IMG/VR virus record: IMGVR_UViG_3300025429_000023
Coordinates: 1 to 51,134 of that record
Length of the DNA: 51,134 nucleotides
Source: a virus
Lineage: Duplodnaviria; Caudoviricetes
Strand: one strand, 5' to 3'
Shown: one piece after another, positions 44,147 to 51,134 of the stretch
How positions within the stretch are numbered: position 1 is the first letter of the stretch
Layout: every line of letters starts with the position of its first letter
Position numbers and translations under genes: made by a program
Notes under the pieces: model-generated
Databases searched by the model: none
Told to the model about the DNA's origin: nothing
The model's input: only the letters and a program-made list of their open reading frames with translations

Positions 44147-45658
44147 TTACTCCTTAATATCTCTTCCATCGAAGGCCATTATACCCTCAACATTGATTTT
44201 ATCGAATTCAATAATGTTGTTGGGATCAATGTATCTTTTGAATACATGTTCCATGTTATTACCTTGATTCTGTAAATGTTTACCCATGATATCAATAAGT
44301 TTCATAAAATCTGTAACATTAGTTTTACACATTGACCAAAATCTACATTCAAAAACAGGATAAGATTGAATTGGAGACTTTAAGAACACATATTTTCCGT
44401 ATGTACTACTATAATCATTCATATCAAAATCATCAGTAAGATAATATCTTCCACTAATCTTAAATACTCTGTTTAAGTCAAGCATGTTAATATTTCTAGT
44501 GACACAAAGTAACATTTTGTATAACATGAATAATTCAGGTAAGCTTCTATCGTAATTGACTGATGCTAGATATTCTGGTTTACTTAATTTGCAGATCAAT
44601 TTATCAATATCATCTTTTTCGTCTCCAGATTCTATCAAGATATTTACCTTTTTCTTTATATCATCAAGATATTCTTTTGCGTCCACCAGAGAAATGTCAT
44701 TCATAATAATGAATGGATTTTTAATATGTTTTTTAACCGATTCAATTGTTTTTAGTGTTTGTTTATATCGATCTTCGATACTCACTTTACCAAAAGTAGT
44801 TCCAATAGAAGAAGTTATCAACACAACATTAAACATACTATCTTTCACTATTCTGTAGTATAACTTTTGATAGTTTTTACCTTCCATCTTTTCGAACATG
44901 TGGATAAAAGGAACATAACTGTCATGTTCAAATACTCTATTATTTTCATCTAATAGAATCTGTTTATTTGATGGAATAACTTCGTCACCGTCATAATTAA
45001 ATGACATAATAGGAAATTCAGTATAACCAATAGGTAAAATTCCTAACTTAGCATATACAATAGCAAAGATACCTTCTTCCGTTCTAGCACCTCTAAAGAA
45101 TCTCTTGCATCCATAATTATCATAATTCAAGAAAACTTCTCTTGCACTTTCAAAAAATTTATCAGCAAATTCACCTTTTTTTACATAAGTTAATCCGCAA
45201 TGCATAGAAGGAATAGTTTTACCCAGTAACTTGGAAATGTTATTAGATTCACCCCAATGCCAATTTGGATCAGCTACTTTATTTCCCATATTGGCAACAG
45301 AAAACTTATTCTCTTTCATATAATCCCAAATCTTATTTGGGCTATACTGACACAAAACATCACTATCTAAGTTAATAGTTTCATCATAGGTTGAATACTT
45401 TTCCAGATTCAATCTGATGTATACACAATTTCTTTCAAAATCATTTTGACAATCCAAATACACAGAATCGTTTATATCTGGTTGAAATATTACTACATCA
45501 TCAAAAACTTTGAAGTTTTTAGCCATTTCTTCGTCTTGTTTATGAACAAGTATAGAAACAGGTCTAGTTTCACCCTGCATTCTTAGTGTTCTAACTAAAT
45601 GATAATTTTCTACAATATATTTTTGACCAAGACCGATCAAAAGATAACCTTGTGACAT
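44147..45658 (-). CDS. two-domain glycosyltransferase-like protein (GT8-like N-domain)
   Basis: YDETINLDSD (DxD), HCG, H.F; second domain ITS.I...R..QT...FKISGRY. Confidence 0.65.
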   Translation of the reverse strand: MSQGYLLIGLGQKYIVENYHLVRTLRMQGETRPVSILVHKQDEEMAKNFKVFDDVVIFQPDINDSVYLDCQNDFERNCVYIRLNLEKYSTYDETINLDSDVLCQYSPNKIWDYMKENKFSVANMGNKVADPNWHWGESNNISKLLGKTIPSMHCGLTYVKKGEFADKFFESAREVFLNYDNYGCKRFFRGARTEEGIFAIVYAKLGILPIGYTEFPIMSFNYDGDEVIPSNKQILLDENNRVFEHDSYVPFIHMFEKMEGKNYQKLYYRIVKDSMFNVVLITSSIGTTFGKVSIEDRYKQTLKTIESVKKHIKNPFIIMNDISLVDAKEYLDDIKKKVNILIESGDEKDDIDKLICKLSKPEYLASVNYDRSLPELFMLYKMLLCVTRNINMLDLNRVFKISGRYYLTDDFDMNDYSSTYGKYVFLKSPIQSYPVFECRFWSMCKTNVTDFMKLIDIMGKHLQNQGNNMEHVFKRYIDPNNIIEFDKINVEGIMAFDGRDIKE

Positions 45659-45674
45659 AATAACCTCGCTCTTA

Positions 45675-46424
45675 TTAATAGTATTTCTTATAGTGCATGA
45701 TTACATCGTAATCTGGTCTAAGATCATCAACCAACTTATCATAATCAATATCACTCTTCGGTTTATCATGCGAACTTCTTGGGAGTTCTGTACACCTAGT
45801 ATTAACTGTAAAGTCTTTTCCTGCCAACATAAAGAAAATGGTCATGAAACAATCAACCCAACCTATAGTGGGATAGATATGATCCTGAATAATTCTTCCA
45901 GTTGTTCTCATGAACTTTACAACTTCTGGGTAATATTCAATGAATGTTGATACTTTATAAATTGATCCACCGCAACCTGCATAGTAGTTTGTCTTTGGAT
46001 ATTTTCCAGAGAATTGATAGATCCAGTCTAAAACTGGTTCTGGAATAAATTCATGTGATTGAACACTCATATGTTCACAGTCATAATCAAACTTTAATGG
46101 ACGTGTAAGTATAATATCGTCCTCCATCAACATAATATGTGAGGATGGACTTCTTACAGCCGCAATATAGAATCTACTCAGAAAATCCAACGCATCTTCA
46201 ATTTTATATCCATGTGGCTGTTGTTGATATCCCAATCTTTTATTACAATGTAAATATTCGCAATTATAAGTTTTAGCCATTTCCATATAACTATCACAAC
46301 CATCACAGGCTAATAGAATATATTCTTCTGGATAAATCTTTCTCAATTCGATTAGAGATTGTTCTGTAGCATTTCTATAAACGGAAACACTATTAAAAAA
46401 ACTCAAACTAGCTTCATTCTTCAT
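45675..46424 (-). CDS. glycosyltransferase-like (GT-A fold)
   Basis: LACDG, MLMEDD, GCGGS, H.KKYY; start at MKNEAS. Confidence 0.6.
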   Translation of the reverse strand: MKNEASLSFFNSVSVYRNATEQSLIELRKIYPEEYILLACDGCDSYMEMAKTYNCEYLHCNKRLGYQQQPHGYKIEDALDFLSRFYIAAVRSPSSHIMLMEDDIILTRPLKFDYDCEHMSVQSHEFIPEPVLDWIYQFSGKYPKTNYYAGCGGSIYKVSTFIEYYPEVVKFMRTTGRIIQDHIYPTIGWVDCFMTIFFMLAGKDFTVNTRCTELPRSSHDKPKSDIDYDKLVDDLRPDYDVIMHYKKYY

Positions 46425-46428
46425 TATT

Positions 46429-47253
46429 TTATACCTTGTTGTAATCTTTGAAAATTCTGAACCAATCATCAGGTGAATTGTAATGCAGTTCAAAATACTG
46501 TGGTGCTGATAGATAAGACATTAACAGGAAAGTCTGATCATCATCAGAAAGATTCATACTCAAAGCAAGGTCTAAATTTAAAAGTACCAGATTATATAAT
46601 TTCTTCCACATATTGGATCCGGCAACAATATGACAACCTTGAATATAAACATCACCTGTATATACAATATCTGCAAAAGTTCTATTCAGATTACCATCAA
46701 TATCACGCATGTTGAATAGATGAATCTTCTCTTTATCGAAGTCATAGTTCCATTTCAAGTTTTTAGGTAAAGTTTCCAGGTTACGAACATATCCAAAATC
46801 AATCCAAGCTACAAGATCGGTTTTTACAACATCTCTTTCAATTGCATAGTTGAGGTACCAAGACTTTAGTATATTAACCAGTACATAATCCGAATGCCAA
46901 TACTCAATGAGTTGTGGATTTACAATTTTAGAGATATATTCAGGATCATTCATTACCTTTTCAATCTTTTCTTTATAATGAGATAGATCATCAGGTAAAT
47001 ATGAATCTACAGATATTACAGTTGTCTTATCTCCAAGGCCTTCTGCAATTCTAATATTCCTAACACGATCCGCAAGATCGTGTGTTGTAAATATGACCAT
47101 AGGATTTTTGATTTTGGACAAATTCTTGAAAAATTCAAAATAAGTTTCAGTCGAACGATGTTGATAGTGAGGTAGAATTCTTCCATATTTCATTGCAGGA
47201 AGATCACCACGACCAATATCAAAGAAAGCGGTAACGATTGTAATTTCACTCAT
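46429..47253 (-). CDS. HtrL/YibB (WlaTC)-family glycosyltransferase-like protein
   Basis: TIVTAFFDIGRG, AWIDFGY, DDDQ. Confidence 0.8.
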   Translation of the reverse strand: MSEITIVTAFFDIGRGDLPAMKYGRILPHYQHRSTETYFEFFKNLSKIKNPMVIFTTHDLADRVRNIRIAEGLGDKTTVISVDSYLPDDLSHYKEKIEKVMNDPEYISKIVNPQLIEYWHSDYVLVNILKSWYLNYAIERDVVKTDLVAWIDFGYVRNLETLPKNLKWNYDFDKEKIHLFNMRDIDGNLNRTFADIVYTGDVYIQGCHIVAGSNMWKKLYNLVLLNLDLALSMNLSDDDQTFLLMSYLSAPQYFELHYNSPDDWFRIFKDYNKV

Positions 47254-48109
47254 ATTTTTTCTCTATAATATCTTTCCAGGCTGGTACACGATTATATTGG
47301 TGTACCATACAATACTTTTCACCTTTACTGTTATATACATATTCACCATCCCAAATAGGTTCGGGACATAACAGATTAGGTCTAAACTTATCTATCTTAC
47401 TTGGATCCACGGTTGTTCCTGCCTCACAAGCCCAACTAACATCGTGGTTATTAAATTGAGTAATCTGTTTATAAGGTTCCAATGAAAGAACAAGATTAAC
47501 TGCTGCTTGATCGGGTGTAGGATTATGTTGTGCGTTTGTAAGAACCAAAGCCACATTCAACGAAAAATCAACAAAGGTATTAAATCTCCCCATCATTGAT
47601 CCGGCATTATAAATGGATGAATCTTTTACCTTTTCATAGATTTCTGAACCGAAACATTGTTGGAAGTTCTCATTACCCCAATCTTCATTTTTATACTTCA
47701 GTCCTTCTGATTGATACATCAGAGAATAAACGGATAATTGTAGAAAATTTTCATCAATCCATTCGGAAGGATTGGTCTGAAATACTACATCAGATATATC
47801 TGTGGAAATAACATAACGAATGTCTTTTTGATCCTTGAGGAACTTCCAATAAAAGAAGTGACGTAGAGCAGGAACTTGGTATGTGATGTTATCTGCAAAA
47901 TGATAACCATCATTTGTTTTATTTCTTTGTTCGGAAGATAACCAAACTTCAAAACCATTATCGTTTAAATGTTTGATTGTTTCATCTTTGATATTAAAAG
48001 CGACTACTGCCTTTCTACCAGTGAAACCACTTCTATTAATTGAATTGACCCAGATTTTAAGTTTGTCGTAATTATACTCCGATACTGCGCTTATGATCAA
48101 GTCTTGCAT
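47246..48109 (-). CDS. glycosyltransferase-like (GT-A fold)
   Basis: TDISDVVFQTNP, YNAG, DQAAVN, VHQYNR. Confidence 0.7.
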   Translation of the reverse strand: MQDLIISAVSEYNYDKLKIWVNSINRSGFTGRKAVVAFNIKDETIKHLNDNGFEVWLSSEQRNKTNDGYHFADNITYQVPALRHFFYWKFLKDQKDIRYVISTDISDVVFQTNPSEWIDENFLQLSVYSLMYQSEGLKYKNEDWGNENFQQCFGSEIYEKVKDSSIYNAGSMMGRFNTFVDFSLNVALVLTNAQHNPTPDQAAVNLVLSLEPYKQITQFNNHDVSWACEAGTTVDPSKIDKFRPNLLCPEPIWDGEYVYNSKGEKYCMVHQYNRVPAWKDIIEKKYE

Positions 48110-48887
48110 AATATGAACCTATATTTTTAATAATATCTTTGTTTAAAACTTGCGGCCTTTGAATGTCCAATACATTATATATTAGATCACTATTGAGAAT
48201 AAATTGTTCACCTAATTCATTGGATTCTGATTTTACATTTGCTTGGCCATATCCAGTAATCAACCAGTTACCAACGTCACCAATCTTTGTGCCATACCCG
48301 CTACCAAGATTAAAAATTCCAGTTTCTTTCTTATAACACATAGATGCAATGGCATCAGCAGCATCCATCACATATAATAAATCTTTTTGTGTATCAGATG
48401 ATACAGTATACACTATACCACCGTTTTTGTCAAGAGAATTAAGGAAATAACCCATAAATGAGTTTCTACCAAGTTCTCTTCCGTACCAATTACTTCCACG
48501 AATAATTGTTGATGAATCTCCAAAATATGATTGTATCTTTAATTCAGAGATAACTTTGTTTTCACTATAATAATCATATGGTTTTAGTTTAGAATCTTCA
48601 TAATACTCTTTTAGTTCAGTTGATGAACCATATACTTTTCTTGTGGAGAACATGATGTAATGACATTTATTATCATTAGCCCATTTTGCAATCTCAAAAT
48701 CAACATCATTGTTTACATCATAATAACTTGTTTTTGATAATGGGTTGAGAGCACAATTTAAAACAACATCATAATCTTTTAGATCAACATTTTTATAATC
48801 TTTGTATGATACTGAAAAGAAATTTGAATGTCTTGATAGGTATTGAGATATAAAACTATTTTTACCTACTATTAAGACTTTCGCCAC
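48072..48887 (-). CDS. NAD-dependent epimerase/dehydratase (extended SDR)
   Basis: LIVGKNSFI, FSTRKVYG, YSENK (YxxxK), FNLGSG. Confidence 0.85.
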   Translation of the reverse strand: MAKVLIVGKNSFISQYLSRHSNFFSVSYKDYKNVDLKDYDVVLNCALNPLSKTSYYDVNNDVDFEIAKWANDNKCHYIMFSTRKVYGSSTELKEYYEDSKLKPYDYYSENKVISELKIQSYFGDSSTIIRGSNWYGRELGRNSFMGYFLNSLDKNGGIVYTVSSDTQKDLLYVMDAADAIASMCYKKETGIFNLGSGYGTKIGDVGNWLITGYGQANVKSESNELGEQFILNSDLIYNVLDIQRPQVLNKDIIKNIGSYYARLDHKRSIGV

Positions 48888-49585
48888 GGCAGTTCTCCAT
48901 TGAAATGTTGTTCAACAAGTTTATTATTATGTTTAAAGAAGTCAGATTGCACCACATTAGTTCCACCACCCATACGATAGTTTACTGTATATTGGCTTGT
49001 GGTGTTAAACTTTTTAAAGGAATCAAATAGACACATCAAGAATTTTCTATCTTGTCCCCATCCACCATGCCAGTTAGATGCAACTTGAACCGCACGATCT
49101 GTTCTAATACAGTAACAGTTTGTATCCACATGAGCATATCCCATAATTGGCCATTGGGGACCTAATGATTCACAGTTATCTTGACATGCAAATTCACCAT
49201 TCTGTTCATATATATTTCTGAGAGAATAACACCAGTCTAAATTGTTCTCTTCAATCGTCTTGACACAAGATTCAACATGATTGGGTTCTAACCAACAATC
49301 TTGATCTAGATAAAGAACGTAATCAGTATTGATTAGATGAGTAAATGCAGCATAGACCCTATGACCATAGAATCCATTTGCACCTACGTTATTGGGTAGA
49401 GTACATACATTTAATCCCGAATCTGTAAGGTCCATGTGATAGAGGATTTCATCAACTTTGTCAACATGTTCTAGTCCATCAATAACTAGATATGTTTCTG
49501 TTGGGTATGTTTGATTGAATACACTTTCTAAAGCTTTTTCCAAATCATCAGATCCCGTAGTTGGGATAATCACAGTTGCAGTCAT
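48872..49585 (-). CDS. family 2 glycosyltransferase
   Basis: VIIPTTG, SVFNQTY, YLDQD, QDR. Confidence 0.88.
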   Translation of the reverse strand: MTATVIIPTTGSDDLEKALESVFNQTYPTETYLVIDGLEHVDKVDEILYHMDLTDSGLNVCTLPNNVGANGFYGHRVYAAFTHLINTDYVLYLDQDCWLEPNHVESCVKTIEENNLDWCYSLRNIYEQNGEFACQDNCESLGPQWPIMGYAHVDTNCYCIRTDRAVQVASNWHGGWGQDRKFLMCLFDSFKKFNTTSQYTVNYRMGGGTNVVQSDFFKHNNKLVEQHFNGELPWRKS

Positions 49586-49592
49586 AAATTAC

Positions 49593-50888
49593 CTATTTTG
49601 ATATAATAAATCTACTAGAATCTTCCGTTCTGGATGTTGCATACTTATAAATTTCTTGCATAAATCTATCAGCCGGTGGTATATAATCAGGATTATTACT
49701 ATTGTCCCGAGAATTGGCTTTTAACCATTTTATTAAAGGAGGAAAAATTACATTTGTTACCATCATAGCATCCAATGCACCCCTATCTTTGTCAAATTGA
49801 TCCCTGGCCATTTTGATTGCAGCCGGATTAGTTAGTCTTTTGACTTTTTCTTGATATTCCATTTTAAGTTTTTTTGCTTCTTTTTTATATTTTTCATTGG
49901 CAGCATTATATAGCCTTAGTTCTTCAGAAGCAATTTTTGGATCAATAAGTTCTAATATATCACAGAAAATTTTCCAAGAGCCAATAGAACCACCTCTTGC
50001 TTCCATATCTTTACTTTCAAGTTCCGTTTTCATTGCTGCTGTAGAAGCATCATGTCGAATTTTAATGGACTCTCTATCTGATGTAGAAAATTTTATTTGC
50101 AAATCTCTTGTTTGTGGATTGTCCAACTCATATTTTTTCCATTCTTTTTTAAATCCATAAAATCCATATTTTAGAATTTCTGATGTTTCATGAGCTCTAT
50201 CAAAATTAACTTTTTTTATGGTTACAGAATTTGTTTGTTTTTTCAAGGAAATAGGTAATAAATCCCCAGACTCAATTAATTCATTAACCATATTATTCAT
50301 GATATCAAAACCATAAGCTTTACCTTTACCCTTGACGTAATCAGCAACATTGGCTTTTATTCTTTCTCTAGCTTTATTTGTAGCAAAGTATATATCAGCT
50401 GGTGACCATTTATTAACATCGCCGAATTTTGGATCTGCTTTATTTTTATTGGCAACTTTGAATAAATCTTCTAAATTTTTCATTACATCTTTATCACCAC
50501 GAAAATACCAAACATCACTTGTACTTGGTTTTTTATTAAAACCTTTTGAAATTGTAGAAATGTCTTCAACTAGTTTTTTACCAATTAAACAGGATGATGT
50601 ATACCAACCCTTGTCAAACATCAAAAATCCTTCAATTTCACCATAAGGTATTATTCTTGAACCTGTTGAAGCTTCTGTAAATTTTTCGTATATTTTGTGT
50701 AATGAATCACTATTATTTTTGAATACACTCTTCCACTTACTTTCGAATCCGGTGAATGTATCTAATCCCTTACTTTTATCTTTTGGATCTAAAAATTCGT
50801 TTAAATTTTTACCTTTAATTGTTAAGTAATCAGCAATAGCACAGAAAAAAGCTTGTGATGATTCGGCTAAAGAAGTTGTATCTGTCAT
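49593..50888 (-). CDS. putative PD-(D/E)XK-type nuclease
   Basis: N-terminal AES.Q helix, KWSPADIY...ISLKK; GATAAATA late-type promoter at 50909-50916. Confidence 0.5.
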   Translation of the reverse strand: MTDTTSLAESSQAFFCAIADYLTIKGKNLNEFLDPKDKSKGLDTFTGFESKWKSVFKNNSDSLHKIYEKFTEASTGSRIIPYGEIEGFLMFDKGWYTSSCLIGKKLVEDISTISKGFNKKPSTSDVWYFRGDKDVMKNLEDLFKVANKNKADPKFGDVNKWSPADIYFATNKARERIKANVADYVKGKGKAYGFDIMNNMVNELIESGDLLPISLKKQTNSVTIKKVNFDRAHETSEILKYGFYGFKKEWKKYELDNPQTRDLQIKFSTSDRESIKIRHDASTAAMKTELESKDMEARGGSIGSWKIFCDILELIDPKIASEELRLYNAANEKYKKEAKKLKMEYQEKVKRLTNPAAIKMARDQFDKDRGALDAMMVTNVIFPPLIKWLKANSRDNSNNPDYIPPADRFMQEIYKYATSRTEDSSRFIISK

Positions 50889-50911
50889 TACTATATCCCA
50901 AATAAAGATAT

Positions 50912-51133
50912 TTATCGAATGATATCAATATCTTTTCCTGAGGTCCATACCTCAAGTTCAGTCCTCAATCGACCTTCAGACTTCAAAGTTTCATAACGGT
51001 TTGTTGCTTTCCTTTTCCACCATTCTATGATATTTTCCAATTCAAACTTATCATAATTCTGACCTTTAATCAAGTTGTCAGTTTTACCATTAACTACATC
51101 AATATAGTTTTCAAATCCATAATCAGATATGTA
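50912..51133 (-). CDS. C-terminal part of a conserved T4-like protein (DUF4338-like, from recall)
   Basis: Hand translation YISDYGFENY...WWKRKATNRYETLKSEGRLRTELEVWTSGKDIDIIR*. Confidence 0.6.
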   Translation of the reverse strand, partial: YISDYGFENYIDVVNGKTDNLIKGQNYDKFELENIIEWWKRKATNRYETLKSEGRLRTELEVWTSGKDIDIIR

Positions 51134-51134
51134 A

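Noticed and set aside
428-50646. Most plus-strand ORFs in the track (e.g. 651..1025, 20577..20822, 24328..24921, 39083..39478)
   Set aside because: Antisense shadows of minus-strand genes or starts upstream of the local TSS; no SD and no motifs. Only 34574..35340 is accepted.
1-51134. tRNA, rRNA or tmRNA genes
   Set aside because: No cloverleaf with a T-loop in an intergenic position seen by eye; tRNAscan/ARAGORN would be needed to exclude them fully

Overview
A 51-kb segment of a large T4-like (Tevenvirinae/cyanomyovirus-style) dsDNA phage genome, almost entirely coded on the minus strand. The host is probably Gram-negative, given a spanin-like lipoprotein and IHF-type sites. 1-20.6 kb is an accessory/early island of dozens of short ORFs. 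It is split into mini-operons by about 14 copies of a composite promoter element: a sigma70 promoter, usually with a 16-bp spacer and extended -10, plus upstream AAACA boxes in 11-bp helical phase. Five copies also carry a hairpin, a GGAAGGA box and an IHF-like site at fixed spacing. The island also holds a candidate late sRNA and ends at a gene-less convergent promoter that may be an origin. 20.7-34.5 kb carries core replication and nucleotide genes: metallopeptidase-VWA, RNase H, nrdB, nrdA, MazG-like, thyX and gp61 primase. 34.5-35.3 kb is a plus-strand lysis-type cassette. 35.8-42.7 kb encodes late proteins with capsid-targeting-like N-termini and repeated prohead-protease-like sites, including a P-loop kinase and a ligase-like/HIGH nucleotidyltransferase fusion. 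42.8-49.6 kb is a glycosyltransferase/epimerase/methyltransferase cluster, followed by a nuclease-like gene. All family calls come from motif recognition by eye; no database search was run. No tRNA, rRNA or CRISPR array was found.
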